A stretch of DNA of 64,000 nt from assembly GCA_973851085.1 (NCBI GenBank), contig OZ316776.1, positions 930,001 to 994,000 on the forward strand, written 5' to 3'. Below, piece by piece: positions 1 through 14,650 of this stretch. Under the pieces are notes generated by a model. The model had not been told where the DNA came from, ran no database searches, and worked only from the letters and a program-made list of their open reading frames with translations. Each line of letters starts with the position of its first letter. Position 1 is the first letter of the stretch. Source of the stretch: Ptychomitrium polyphyllum. Taxonomy: Eukaryota. A program made the position numbers and the translations under genes.

Positions 1-109
1 CCACCTGATCAACCCTAGATTTTGAGCATGATTGTTACCGATGGTTTTGTTTTGTGGCGAATCGCGTTCTCTCTCAACTTACCTTTATCTTACGTGTCAT
101 ATGCTTCAG

Positions 110-1364
110 AATCACAGATTCTCTTATAATGAGCCTATGAGTGTGGAGTCCACTACACAAGCCTTGTGTGATCTGGCTCTGCGCTTTGGGGAAGGCGATG
201 AGGAGTCTATGGTATGTAATCAGCTTTCTATATCTCAAGATAAAGTTTTTTCGTTGGGGGCCTTAAAAAATTGTAGTTGCAATGCTTCTGCTGGTTGTTC
301 TACTGAATGCATATTTATTATGCCTTGGGGCATGCAGATGCATATTGATGACTTCAGTAGTCTCTGAATTTGGTTTTTAACAAACACATTTTCAGGTGCT
401 TTGGATGTCCTTCTAGAAACTTGAGAAGGATCTTGACAATTCTGTCATTATAGATTGTTTTAGTCATGCATATATGCTAAAACATTTGCTTTGTTTCGTT
501 TGCAGTCACGACCTTTTGGAGTCTCGCTGCTTATTGCTGGACACGATGAAATTGGACCATGCCTGTAAGAAATTCTCGTCTTGCAGTGATGGTGTGTCCT
601 GAGCCTGGTTAAATTTCTTTGATTGTCGTAGTTTCTGGAGCAGAGCTCATGAATATTAGATTGTATTTTCAGGTACCACACAGATCCTTCTGGAACATTT
701 TGGCAATGTGATGCCAAGGCAATCGGCTCAGGATCAGAAGGTGCTGACACTTCTCTGCAGGAACACTTCAACAAGGTATGTAACTGTTGTGGTGTTTCAA
801 AGCTTGATACTCTGGTGTTGTCAGTTTCATCTCCGTCATGACAGCCTTATATTCTCATTTATACGAGATCGAGGTACTAATAGCGTTCAGGAGTCTGTGC
901 TGGTCATCCATATAGAGTTGCAAGCTACGCTGTCCGTTGATCTAGCCTACATCAAAATTTCTGTTTCTCGGCAGTTCACTTTGAGTATTTTCTTTTTGCA
1001 GAACATGACGCTGGAGGAGGCTGAGACTTTGGCACTGTCTACCTTGAAGCAAGTCATGGAAGAAAAGGTATTAACATGGATAACTTTTTTGAATACCTTA
1101 ATGCACTTTGTTCAGCTGGTTTCCTTGTGTAAATCAGCTGTAATTTAATGCCTACTGTAAGTTCTGTTGCGCTTCTCCTGTTGTGGTTTTCGTGGTCGAT
1201 GTGGTATTCACTAGCTAGTCGCACCTTGACCCTAGGTTACTGAGCCAAACTCCTGTTGTCTGCTATGGCAGGTAACATCTTCTAATGTGGACATTGCTAA
1301 GGTGGCTCCCAAATACCATTTGTATACACCTGAAGAAGTTGAGGCTGTTATTCAGCGATTGTAA
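110..1364 (+). CDS. PAE: 20S proteasome subunit alpha type-5, 3' part (5' exons lie upstream of the window)
   Basis: GT-AG exons 110-211, 506-564, 673-775, 1002-1067, 1272-1364 splice in frame to [140 protein letters not shown], recognisable as proteasome alpha-5 (PSMA5/PAE). Confidence 0.96.
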
Positions 1365-3278
1365 TCATCTGGGTAAATCAATGCACAAAGGTTTTCAGAA
1401 GTCCAAGTATGCTGTCCCTTCGACGGCACGTACATTTTTCATGAGCACTCTTTTCAGACACTTCAGTCTCTCTTAATCATCTTTTATCCAGATGCGAATT
1501 GTCACATCGGTGGCATTATTCATAGTTCACGCTCTGTGGCATGTATGGCCCTAATGGTTTTGGGCGCCACTGATTAGCCTAAGTCAGGCATTCATTTTGA
1601 GTATATTCATTAACTTCAAATTGAGTGACTTCTGAGACTACCTTTGAGCATGTTTTTCAGAGATCTTTCATTCAGATGTGATTCAGGTTTGGAACCTTGA
1701 GCATCACTGATCAGATGTGCTTCTCATTTGTGCTCGCATTTAATCTGTGAAGAAAGATATTATTCAACTGTCCTCTGTCGCATCTTCTTGCATCTCGCTA
1801 ACTATGCATACCACTGCATAACCAACAGTCTGAAATGGCTTTTCTGGGTGCCCTTCGTTGGATCAGAAAGAAACTAATACTAAACTTGTCTAAGTAATCC
1901 TCACAAGCTATTCGCTGCCCATTCGTAAAATTACTTCACATCATATGCATCTAGTTGCAATTTGCACAAAGTCGTCGCATCGCCACGTGTGGAACATGTG
2001 AAGATTCCAGTGCAGTAGCAGAGAATGAAAGAGCTTCTAGATTTGAGCTTGTTGGCCAGTAAAACATTGGCCTGATCTTTATTCTCCTCTCATATGTTGA
2101 CATATACAATCACGCTTTCGTGGTTTAGCTTTTAGGCTTTGGACCAACGGGATCAAAGCTGATCATTGCTCGATATATGAGTTTCTTATCGAGTTTAAAT
2201 TTCTAACAAGTTGACTATGCCTTAGGACACAAGTTATCATTCAAGCTGGTTACCACAAGTTCTTGTACAGATCATGTGAAAGACCTTACTCCAACTTACT
2301 TATCTCTCAAGCAATTGCTATCCAAGTGCATGTGACTAAGGCACACCTCAAGGGCCCCACACATCATCAGGACGACCAAGTCATTTACAATCTCCTTTAA
2401 CAGGTCGAATCCATATACTGTTCGCTTATGGTTATCCCAGGGAGCAGGATTTTTTTTATTTTTTGTTTTTTCTAAAAAGGTGGAGATCCAATCATCTTAA
2501 AATCTTCCAGAGAATGCTAATAAGCATTTTGGAGGTGAGGTAGAGGTACCTAGCACGGTGAGTTGTTGCAGATGATTACTTATTATTCACTCAAAATGGT
2601 TGTAAGGTAATCAATATGATATCTTATATAAAATTGGTACTAATGTTGATAAGCATAGCCTTCCATTTTTTAAGCTTATATTCTCCGTCAAAGAATTCTA
2701 GTAAGGGATGTGAAATTTTAGCCACTCTAGTTAATTAAATCATGCCACAAATAAATAAAATATTTTACTAGGTGAATTACTTTGTGTAAGTGGTTATTCA
2801 TCTATTCTTAAAAGAAAATTAACAAAGATGGATAATATAAATTTATTGAATTGTAAATTTGTTTGTCAATTTGGATCCCACATCCAGTTAGACAGAATAA
2901 ATTGTCCTACATTAATTTCTAAAATTACTTTGCATTCAAATTTTAGCACATATGGTCTAGTTTAATTCACCTACATATTACACACATAAGGACTAATTCT
3001 ACTTCTTTTATGAACATAAAATACAAAATTTATTTGTAGCATTCAAATAAATTTAGAAAGAAAAATTGAAATGATTGATGTTATGTGTTACAAAATTGAT
3101 TGTAAAAAGCCCAATTATACAAAGTTGTAATGATTCATTTATTTAATTATATATATTTTTTCTTCCTTAGTTCAAAATTTTTTTAGTGAATTTTCATTCC
3201 AAAAGAATAGAAAATGCCTGAGGTGTAATTTAGTAGAATATTCCTTAACTTCAATTAATCTCAAACTAAGATAATAGC

Positions 3279-3470
3279 ATCTAAAAATGACACAATGATA
3301 ATGGTGCCAATATATACTCCATATGGTTATTTAAAAGAAAGGTGTCTCTAATATATGCATTAACTTTTAATTATTTAAAAATTAATGCATGTTTAATAAA
3401 CAAACATTATTTTTTTAAATGACCATGTAAGGTATATATTGGCACCATTAGCACCATACCATTTTTAGAT
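3279..3470. repeat. ~190 bp imperfect palindrome (MITE- or foldback-like)
   Basis: ATCTAAAAATG..TAATGGTGCCAATATATAC..ATGGTTATTTAAAA (3279-3335) is the near reverse complement of TTTTAAATGACCAT..GTATATATTGGCACCATTA..CATTTTTAGAT (3413-3470). An inner ATGCATTAA/TTAATGCAT stem continues the symmetry. Confidence 0.75.
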
Positions 3471-4789
3471 ATGTATAACTTATACAAGATATTTTGGCCA
3501 AAGATTGAGATTTTTATGACAAGTTGGGCCTTTATGGGAGAAGTTCCTAACTCATTGATAAACCTCAGTTCTTTTGATATTCTAGTAAGCTTGAAAACAG
3601 CTTGATTTTGAATAAAAGCATGTGGATGATTATAATGCAAATTGTATATTTATGTGGCTCGAAGTGCAAGGAGGCTTGTTGTCCTCACCAATAACCGGAT
3701 GTTTCTCATTCGATATATTGTATACTATATGTTCCACGATTGGATATTTCTCAATAAAAGTTTCACGTTTGAAGAAATTAACGCTGAACTGTATTGTCAG
3801 AGAGTAGACATCTCGATGAGTGTGTCAGTACCGCGTTGCTTTCGGTCTGGTACTTTATCACGTGTTTGACACCCCATTTTGAGAAGTCATAACTATTATC
3901 ATAAAGGCCGAAAGGATCAGCAAACAAGAGCAAACAAGTATAACTTGAGCACATGTTATAACTTATTGCAATCCTGCTAACATTGTCAAGAATCTGATTT
4001 TGCATGCAGACAGAGTAGAACTTGAGACCTGAAAGCTTAACGACATGCAGCGGAGAAACTAAGGAAAAAAGCAACCATCATATGTCTGTTCCTTCGCACT
4101 GAGTTTGTCATTTGCACACAGAATATACAAGTAAGATTTTTATTTGCAGAGAACTGTCTTTGTCAGACAGTACAAAAAAAGACAAGGTAATAAAATGATT
4201 ATAAGAGAACGGGCTCAAGTGGAAAGAAAAATTACAGTAATATTACAAGATCATATTTCTGTACAAACTAAAGGCCGTAGGAAAATTGAGCTAAAATGCA
4301 AAAAACTCTCGGACTCGATCTACACTGCAAAAACCACAGATTTGGCCATGCGTTCACACTAGTAAATGGTGCTAGTGCTGCGCATCTTGCACTAGTTGCC
4401 TCACTGCCGCATCATGGTGTGGCCCTGTTCGAACTCATCGTCTCCTCTTCTTGTGTACAACGTAAGAAATGAAACACTCAACGTAAATCATCCACAAACC
4501 GACTGTCAACTATACTGGGGAAATGTTTACACTGGAAGGTCAATCAGACCTTTAAAAACCAATGCAATAACAACCATTGCATTATAAAACTTCCTCTGCT
4601 GCACCTTCTTTGTTCGTCCACATGCCAGGCACGAGCTGCACATTTCACTTCAGAAACCTATCCGGAATGTTGTTGAAATGTCAACAGATAATCACCAAAA
4701 AATTTGTCTCCCGCATATTACAAGCTGGAATCCTTTTTACTCTGGTATTTGTACATCCTTCACCAAGATTCGCACAGAGGAGAGTCTCT

Positions 4790-5437
4790 TCATGCGAGCG
4801 CTGACACTGGAGAAGACAGATCAGAGCCGACGGAACCAAAGCCTTCAATCCGAACAGTTGGGTTGGCACTGTAAGTAGGCCCGCACGAACTCATCTGCTG
4901 TGATAAGTTCAACGCAGTCCTCTGATGCAAAAACTGAGCGTCGTGAATTAGTGGGTTGCCCGCTCGATTGGGAGGAGAGCCACAAAAATTTGGAGGAGAG
5001 CAACCGTAGTTGGAAACGTCACGGTAACCACCCTTGCTCAGAAATATGTCGAGCAACTCAAAACAAACCACGCCTTCAGGGCGAGCTGTAGACTTACTGC
5101 ACCAACAAAGAAAATACGTCAGTTATGAACTCATAAGCAAAAAAGCAAAGAGGTTTCAACCAAATCGTTCAACAAGGGGGAAAAGAATCAATAGTAATAC
5201 ACAGATCTTGCCAAGGACGTACCTTTTATGACGCCGGGAGGGCTTCATGTACTCATTTGTAGGACAATTTACAGTGGTGGGCCGACGCGGTCTGGGACAA
5301 AGAACCTCTTCTTCGCCTCCTTCAACTCGCAAACCTGTCCGAGATCTCCTCTTCTCATTCATGTCTGGCCTACTATCCACGGGACTCCACGCCCGGGCAA
5401 GGTGCTGGACGCTACTGAGGTTCCTCGTAAACTCCAT
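4790..5437 (-). CDS. Small plant-specific protein of unknown function (CPRPRR / SPPxFCGSPPxRAxNPL / VRIEGF family, resembles Arabidopsis At1g13390/At5g16110), ~173 aa
   Basis: Exons 5437-5223 and 5096-4790 (AG|GTACGT donor, TGCAG acceptor) join in frame: MEFTRNL...EEEVLCPRPRR...HKS KSTARPEGVVCFELLDIFLSKGG...SPPNFCGSPPNRAGNPLIHDAQF...VRIEGF...SALA*. A 5' UTR intron acceptor lies at ~5640 and the leader probably runs to ~6500-6950. Family assignment is from recalled motifs. Confidence 0.85.
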
Positions 5438-8330
5438 CCTTCGTGAAGCTCTTGAAATATCACTCCTCTGTTCAATATCGCAAGGACAAAAATGTCTAGA
5501 CAATATGTTGCAGAAAATCTTGACAGTTGGCTAGCGATGAGCTATAATGCAGTCAGTGGCTGACCGTGTGAAGACGGACAAAAATGGGCACTCAAAAATA
5601 TACAGAGCCTCAATTATTTACAAACAGGATTTGAAACACCTGCACAGATAAAAACAACCGGTTATTAACGCAACTCAGAGCAAGAGACAAAACCAGCCCA
5701 TTCAGGGCGCCATAGCTACAGTGTCCAAGAATAGTCAAACATCATCGGCGTTTTCAGATCAAAGTGACACTACGGACTGTCGCTGTACTCTACGACAGAC
5801 TATAAAACACTCACGCAGAATCACACCACGACTACAATAAAGATAACCTGTTACTAGCACAGCCACTTCCTTACTGGGCCTACTTTTCACCACTTAGCGC
5901 CCGCGCCTGCAACTCATAAGACAAGGAACTCTAAAGGTAGACGTTCAGGGACGAGAGTTTCAGTAGGCAGTTACTTGGTACGTGAGTTCCAGACGTTTAT
6001 TCGAGTCTCTCGAAAGGTACGAGAATTACACTAAGCAAGAGCTTCACCTAGGATCTCACACAAAACTCTGTCCTCCACAACATCGTAAAAGACCACGGGT
6101 GAGAACCTTACTACTTTCGAAGAAAACCGGCGAAGTGGCCAACCAGAACCACCACCACAACGAGACAGAGGCAATGTGAACTACAGAACTCGCGAAAGGG
6201 GAAACTCAGAGATTTCAAGAGATCACCAACCAGGCGGCCAGGAAGACCGTCCAGGAAGAGGATACGTCGTCACATGAAGGAGATCAATCTCCGCCTGCCG
6301 CTGCAGAAAATGCTCAAGATCACGCCCACTACTTCGTCCCCCTCTCAACACACTACCTACCTTCAACAGAAAATATCAACATCACAACCAACCTCCTTCT
6401 CCACGAAACTGTCTCAACACTACAGAATTTCCCGCCCTGTCGTTTGCTCCGCGCATAACCGTCGGGTAACCGACGAAACACTAACCACATAACCCCAAGA
6501 GGCTCACTCACGCACTCACCCCGCAAATCTCACCCAGAACATCCAGATCTGACTCGCGGCCACTCATCTCAAAACTTACGAAAAGGAAACACCCGCTCTC
6601 CCGAAAAGAAAACACCGTTACCCCACACTGCAACAAACCCGCCTCCAAAGAACCCCAACACTCAAAAACGTACAATACCAACCCAAAAACGAACCTCAAC
6701 TTCCACATAACCCTCATCCCACCACCACCATCAAAACACCAAAACCGCCCTCCCCACCACAAAACTCCCAAAACTTACAAACCTCATCCAACAAACAACC
6801 AAGAACACGAACTAGGGTCTCAAAACCAGAGCATACCTTCGCCGTCGCAACCAACTTCTTCACCACCAGAAAACGAAAACTTCGCTCCTCTTCTTCTTCT
6901 TCTTCACAAAAACGAACAACTTCTTCGCCCAACCGGTGATCTCTCCACTACATCACCAGCCAAAGCTCCCTGCTTTTGGCTCCCTGTCTGTACTGGCTCC
7001 CCCCTCAAAACCCAGGCTTTGAAGCGCTCTACCGCTGCTGTGCAAGTGATCAGAGCCCCGGCGCTGCAAACCTGGGTGCTATGTATGGGGCTGCGTATGA
7101 TGTGCAACAAAGGCAACGATACTAGACTTTCTATTGGCGTGGGCAACGCTGAGTGAGTGAGTGAGTGAGTGACTGTGGGCTTGCGAGATTGCGAACACGG
7201 CGTACGCCTGCTATGATTTTATGATCCCACTGGGATGGGTATTATTATGGTGCGTGATGACCGCAGCTGTGTTCCGGTTGTCATGATGGCGCCCCTGCTG
7301 CCCTGCTTCCACTCGTTTGCTGCACCGAATCGCACTGCGAGTGGGCTGACCGCTGTCCGTTCGACGCCTTCGCTACCCCGGGCAGCGAAGAATCCGCGTC
7401 CGTGATTCGCTACCCGGGAAATTTACGACTGTGGGCGGCACTGCCTCGAAAATATCTCGGGGCGGGCAGGACTCGGGCAGGGACGAGCGGGCAGCGGGGA
7501 GGGGGCTGCGGAAACGGAGTGGGAACGGTGCGGGAGCGTCGTGGAACGCGAGTTCGCTTTGTGCTTTTTCCGAGGAGTGCTCGCGGCCCGCCGCTGCACA
7601 GTGGTGGTGCAAGGCGGCTGTAGATTGTGGGTTTTTGTTTGATTGTTGCGCTCTGTGCTGCTACGCTTGACTTTGGGGAATGAGGGGTAGTCGTGCTGCT
7701 TTTTCCCTCCCTCTTTAATTTATTGTTTCAGCATGTTCGATTAGTGGTTTTTAACGAAAAGGTTCTTCTTTCCGATCTTTTCTAGTGTTGTATTATTTTT
7801 ATGGGAATGGTTGTCTTCTTGGATGGAGGTTCTGTTCCATTGCAATGGTGAGGTCAGTGTTCGTTGCTTCTGATGGTGGTTTTGGGGAGTGAATAATCTA
7901 ATTGGAATTGTGACTACATGGAATTTGCATGCTATCCAAAGCAAGGTTAGGGTGTGCAATGGTAAATTCGTCACCTTCATGTCAAATAATTCGTATTTTC
8001 CGAAAATAGTGTTAGGCATACAAAAGTGTTCATAAATTAATTTTTTCCTTCGAGAAATATTACCTACAGCATTTGAAAACTATTTTTGAAAAAATTTCCT
8101 GCCAAACCTAACCTTTGCATACATAATACAAATATGCGCTGTTATCCTTGAGTTGGTTTTTAATTGGGTAATGACCAGCCCTTCTTCTGCAACTGAATGA
8201 CTTCAAGTGAGTTGTATGAATGACATTCAAGTGCGCACAAAAATTCTGTGACCTGACAGCGCACGCAATTGGAAAGAAGAGTAAGTTGAATGGGAGTTGT
8301 GCAATGTCACTAATAGTAAGAACTAAATAT

Positions 8331-8408
8331 TTTTTTTAACTTTTTTTTTTTTTTTTTTTTTTTTGTTTTGTTTTGTTTTGTTTTGTTTTGTTTTGTTTTG
8401 TTTTGTTT
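8331..8408. repeat. poly(T) followed by (GTTTT)n microsatellite
   Basis: T run followed by about 9 GTTTT units, directly visible. Confidence 0.9.
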
Positions 8409-11400
8409 CAGTTTTTCAACTTATGGTTGTCAGAGTTTTGTTTGTGAAATTGGGATATTTTCAGTGATTGTCTTTGAAAGCCCAAAACAATGAGGTGATT
8501 ATATGCTAAATTGATGTTATATTTGGTTAGAATTTGAGCATGTCATAGTATTATTGATGTTAGAAATTGTATCGTCATTGCACTTTAACATATGTAAGAT
8601 TCAATCACTCTCATATTAGTATTTATATCAACCACTGTGTTATTATTGCAATTTGTCCTTTGAAAAAATTCATGTTTATCATACTATTGTGTATGAGGGT
8701 CACAACATGATGCTACTATTTATGTTAGGAACAACATGATTCTCACAATTTGTCTTGTGAAAATGACCTCATAATTCTTGTCCACTACATCATATACAAG
8801 CCCAAATATATCATTTCATTATTGATGTCAAAGACCACTTCATATTGCACTTTATCACACTTAAGACTCAATGCCTGTCATGTTACTATTGATGTAAACA
8901 ATTACATTATTCTTGCATTTTGTCCTATAAAAGGATTCACATCTTTCATGGCCACCTTTGATGTTGGTGACCACATTATTCTTACAAATATATTTATTTA
9001 AGGATAAATGTCTGTTATGGCATTATTAATTTTATTAATTATGGAATTTTTATTTTATAGTTTGTAGAAATTAATTTGTTCTACAACAATATTGGTATAA
9101 GTAATTTGGTTTTTTCTATTAAAGAAGAACAAAAACCAACATTATTAATATTTTTAATGATTTTTTTTCAATATTAGTAACTCTATACTTCTTGTATTCA
9201 ATCCAACATGAGAGTAAACATTTGACCATGGTCTCATAATTTAATGCAATAAGGTGATCATTGCATTTCAATTCAAATATAGTTTTAGAGTTAAGATACT
9301 ATTTTTGATGTTTTTATTCTTATTATTGATAACATGATTCATGAATTTATAATGTAGATGGTTTTTTTTATAAAAACCATTCATATCCTATATAAATCTA
9401 TCATAATTGATATCAGTAGCCACATAAATTTATAATTTACTTATAGATTGTAATGATTTATAAATTGAACATACAGTTATAATGGTATGCATATAGAATA
9501 TATATACAAAAACATATTCAGAATATTTCTTCCTTTATGTGCAACAAGCCAAGTTTCAACTTTATAAAAATATATATGATATTTACACATTCATTTGACA
9601 CTATTTTACATATTTAATGAAATGATTTTTTCATTGTATTATTGTAATGTTTCAAACATCTACAAATGTAATTTGTTCATCAAAAAAATCATACAAAAAA
9701 GGAAAAAAAAATTTGAAAATAAGTATGCCATCCATCACATCTTTGACGAAATGGCATGTAATACAAGTTTTTGTACAGAAACCTCAAATCATATATTAAA
9801 AATCTCCAAGTATTAAAATGCTCAAAAATCCTCCAAGCTGCCCACAAATTAGTCAAGCTTTCAACTATTATTGTTGAAAGCTTATTATTATCAACAACAA
9901 TAAGTATATTATTGTTGCAATGTATGGAACAAGTTCACACAAGGCCCTACAAAACGGCAATGAAGAAGAGAGCGAACACAACAGGAGATGCATTGTTCTA
10001 GGTGGAGAGAGCACAGCATTGTAAGCGCAGCTTGGCTATGTCAATGCGAGTATTGTGCAACCCATCACGGCTATTGCATGGCACTACTTGGCCATGCCAA
10101 AGCCCTTGATGGCATTGCAAACTTTTCTCCAAGCGCCATGACCTCCAAAATTGTGGCTGAGAGACTGTCCACAAAGCAGCACCACCAAACCCTAAGGAAA
10201 CCATTGCACCTCGCACTCTGACAGTCCAAGAATGGTGGAAGTCCTTCTGCAACGTTTTTGTGTCATCCATCATGGAACATCTTGCTCACGTGATGTGAGT
10301 CTTGTTTGTGAGAGGCCATTTCCTAAAGGCATTTGAATTAGGTTAAGGTTTGAAGTGAAGCGTTTGGGAGAAGATTGGGGTGGGCGTTTCAACGAGATGG
10401 TGTTGCAGGAGGGCTTAAAGATTCTTATAAAGCAATTGAGCAAGTGGCAGTTGATCAGTGAAATTTTTGGATATATTGTGGACGGTCAGACAAGACAATA
10501 AAGTTTCATTTTGTATTACATAGAAAAATCCTAAAACCATGTGAGTGTTGCAACGAATTTGTAACAATGATAAATGTTCAATTAAGTAGAATTTTGTCAC
10601 CTTGTGCTTTTAGGGTGAATTTTTTTTATACATAATATTCCTCAATAATTTATAACACAAGCATTAATGCATTCCTAAGTTTGAAAGGTGATTTGAAGAG
10701 CTTTAAATGCTTAGGTCCACCAAAGAATTGACTTAGAAAAGCTTGATTATAATTGAATAGGTTCAAGGTTTGAAATTCCTAATTATGTTCCAACTTTGTA
10801 CCATTTTTGTATTGGTCCATCAAAATACACATCAAAATACACATCAAAATGCATATTTACTTGATTTTGTGAAAAAATGTACTATAATTTATAAATTTCA
10901 TAGTCCTTCTAAAGTTTGTTTCAAAATATAAAATGCAGTGTATGATGATCATAAACTATTCAATGGTTGAAACTTAAAAGAACTATTAATTCTCTCCAAA
11001 GGTGTTTATGTTTTTATTCAAAAAAACCAACAATACTATAATTTATATCTTTAATTTATGAACTTCTTTGGCAATTGATTGAAAGTATAATTTGCATATT
11101 TAAAAAGTTGTATGAAACGGACTTTCCATAATAACATCATAAGATGCTTTGTATACGAAAGTTTATACACCATAAGAACACTAACTATATCAATTCTTTC
11201 CCACCTCAAAACCAGTAACTACCTTGATAATTTTTAAGGATAGCTACACTTGAGGATAATGGAATTTGTACTCTAAACTATTTTATTTTATTTTCAAAAG
11301 GGTCAGCATGAAAAACCGATCAAAATAGTGTTGCAATGTGAAACGGCTTCAAAGAGCTTCACTGGTTATTTTAACAAATGAGATTTGTTTTTTTCGTTGT

Positions 11401-13499
11401 AATGATATACAGTGCATACCCAAATGAAGATTTGTCAGATGTTTCTATGCACCGACTAAAGCTAGACATTCCTCGTTAAAATAGTACCTTACCAAATTCG
11501 ACATATTCTGAGATAATTTGGCTGCTTGTTTGTTTGCCACTGCATACTCTGCTCTCAAGTTTATTATTCACGGCGTCGTCTATGGATCGTCTAAATTAGC
11601 AAGAAACGAGAGAACTGAAATCATTGACGGCAGGCAAGGTAAAGGAGGGTTGCAATATAACGGAGGCATATTCCCCTGGATTCCAACAGTCGTGCAAGCC
11701 TAAAGATTTTATGAGTCTTTTCTATCAAGTGTCTGCGCTCAACACCTGCCGCCCTAAGGCTGGCCAGTGCACACCGTGTGTCTCGCAGATTTTTTTTATT
11801 AACGGGTCTGAAATGCGCATGATATTTCAATTATCGACCACGTTCTCCATGTTCCCTGATGTTCCCAGACGTGTCATTGCCGCCTGTAACTGGAAAGTGG
11901 AGCTCTCATCTTGAATCTCTCCTGCAATTTGTCAGTGTGTAAAGCGCAGGTGAAGAATATCAAGCCGGACCAGCATGTGTCCATTTCTGCCGTTCCCACA
12001 CATTATAATGTAAGATCTGATAAGCCTTCGGAAACTCGCATAATGGATGTTTTCTAGATATTACTTCTTTCTTCTATTTCGGTGGTTTTGCAGATTTGAT
12101 TTATCAGGGAGGCCTCCGTGAGAACCGAGTGACCTAAACCCAAAACCAATGTTGGTGATCAACACTGTGGAATGGCACTTGGTAGGATAGCAGTGCCTGG
12201 ACTGCTCTCACGGCCTTTTTGGTGATGCTTGCCTGACTCAACAGCTTGAAAACCAAATCAGTGACCTGCCAATCTTAAGAGAAACAGGACTAAGTAATTG
12301 GATACCTCTTAGCTTTGTAACTTTCTCTCAGCTGGTAGGCAAACATACCAACATTCTTCAGTGACCCCTATGAACACCGTCCCTCAAAGGGATAAATTCA
12401 TTGTCATGTCCCTATTCCATGTGTCCCGATTGAGAGGGTTTGCGCACCAAATCATCACTCAGACTTGTATCTTTCATGCATCTAATGTCATATACCTTCA
12501 CTATCATTTATTATTATTTTTCCATTTTTTAAGGTAAAAGTGAGTTACTTGGATTACAAATGAGGTAGTAGAAGCTTGATAACCACACTATAGGAGGCCA
12601 AACTTACACTAAAAAACTTTATTCACCTTTGAAGTACTCATCCTCAACTTCATTTCTTCAATAGTTGATGAACTTTAAGATTTGAGGTCCTAGAGGATTT
12701 TGATGTAATTTGACATATTTGTTTGAACACCTCATTTAGATTCTAAATGGATTTGAAGTACAGGCTATAAATTTTATAGTTATGTTACTTACATTAGTAT
12801 CTTGAATTTTTTTAATGATGAATATGAGTTGATGTTCACCAAAGAAAATGGTGCTTAATACATGTTAGAAATTCAATATTGTAATGTTTGTTTTATAATG
12901 TAGTACTTCATTTTTTTTATAAATAAAATTAATCAAAAAAAAAAAGAAATTAGAAAAATAATGGACAAGGGATGATATAATACCATATTCAAATGTTATT
13001 TTGCCATCATTCTAAAATGAGAAAAAAAAATTATTATAATTTGATGCCTTCTTGTATTATCCTAATATAAATTTATCTTCTACATGACATTCTAAAATCA
13101 ATGCTTGAGCAGAATAAAATTAGAAATTAAATTAATTTTTTTTGAAATATGCCTAATAGATGACCAACAAATGGAGATTCAAGTAAAAAATGTAGATTGA
13201 AATAGCTGTATGCCTTAACAATAATTCTAAAATATAATATGATGGAAAGTGATTTATTCTTTTTAATAAACCATTGAACTTTTTGAATGCCATGAGCAAA
13301 AATTGAATATAATATATTATGTGCTTTGGATAAATGCAATGAAGCATAAGTTTTTTTATCTACATTATATATACCATAATGAACAATAAACCAAGAGAAA
13401 TTTGCTCATTCTCTAAGTATTAAACTTTGCTCAAAATTATCTTTAGCATTTAATTCAAATGCTCTACTATAATAATAATACAAGGTCATTTGTTTAAAA

Positions 13500-14650
13500 G
13501 ATGTTATGAATTTGATTTGAAATGGTGATGTAAGAAATAAAACATCAGCTTAAAAACATTCAGCTTCAAATATTTATCAAGTATATTATTTCTACTTAGA
13601 AATTTTTAAAGAATATTGTGGTGTTTATTAAAATTAAAGTGATTGTTTCGTCAAATATCTTTGCTAACGGTTGGCAAATGCTAAATTAACATGTTTAGAT
13701 TGCTTAATACTTAAATGCCATCAAATTTAACAAAAAAATTAAGAAGATCAAAGAAACATTCAAAGAAGCAATGGCAGGCATCTCAAGACTTCCAACTCTA
13801 AGTTTGTGTAAATTGTAATTCTTCAATATATACTAAGATAACGCCTCATGCATTCACTTAATCTGAATGCATTAAGAATTTGTGGCAAGTAAGGTAAATT
13901 ATAAAGATTATTTTTTGAAGATAAAATTATACTATTGAAGGTGGGACAAGTTTGTTTCACTTTGAGCAATGTAACATGGCACCAAAACCTTATTGCATTT
14001 GGGATGAAGTGAGGTGCAGAATGCTATAGTGACTTGCAATTAGATAAGTAATCAAGAATAAAAAATAATTTTGGAATTACTTCGAAATAGATGTAGTTCT
14101 TTACACAAGTTGGTAGTATGAATGTCCTCTCTAACTATAACACCTTCTTATCCAATTACAACATCTTTTAATTCAACTACATTGACTTCTGATTTATTGC
14201 CTAAGGAAGCTAGAGTTTGAAGGTGAGTATTTAAAGAAAAAACATAGTAAATCCAACTCCTTATAGGATGGTTGCTAGAGTCCTTGCCCCATTTGAAAGC
14301 CAAGTTACAGTAACTCGCCTTCAAATACTCACCCTTGGACCATACCCTCGTGCTCAAAACGCTTTGAGAGGTCCCTCTAAAAGAGAGTTTTGCACCAGAA
14401 CCAAGTCATTCAAAGAGCAGTTCACTTCAACCCAGTAAATCAATTCAGTAGCTTACTGCTGTAGCAAATCTGCTTCATGACAGTGTTTGGATCAATCCCA
14501 ATCCAAGGCCTATAGCATTGCATGAAGGAGAATAAAGAATCAAATGGATACAGATTCCAGGTTTGAAGAATGTGAGATTGGAGGAATATAAGGCAATGTT
14601 TGTGATGCTTGTGTTCCTCATTGCCATGATTTCTACAAGTCAATGCCCAA
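13500..14650 (+). mobile_element. Possible highly degraded DNA-transposon coding relic
   Basis: Stop- and frameshift-riddled fragments QISLLTVG-AKLTCLD (~13650), LWQVR-NYKDYF (~13880) and VPHCHDFYKSMP (~14610) loosely resemble DUF7869-type transposase-like proteins. Weak and motif-level only. Confidence 0.2.

Noticed and set aside
4498..5530. 10/11 nt complementarity between the 5' UTR (CCAACTGTCAA) and 3' UTR (TTGACAGTCGG) of the small gene
   Set aside because: Too short to distinguish from chance without conservation data.
7373..7670. Overlapping short GC-rich ORFs
   Set aside because: Best explained as a GC-rich upstream region of the minus-strand gene; no protein similarity recognised.
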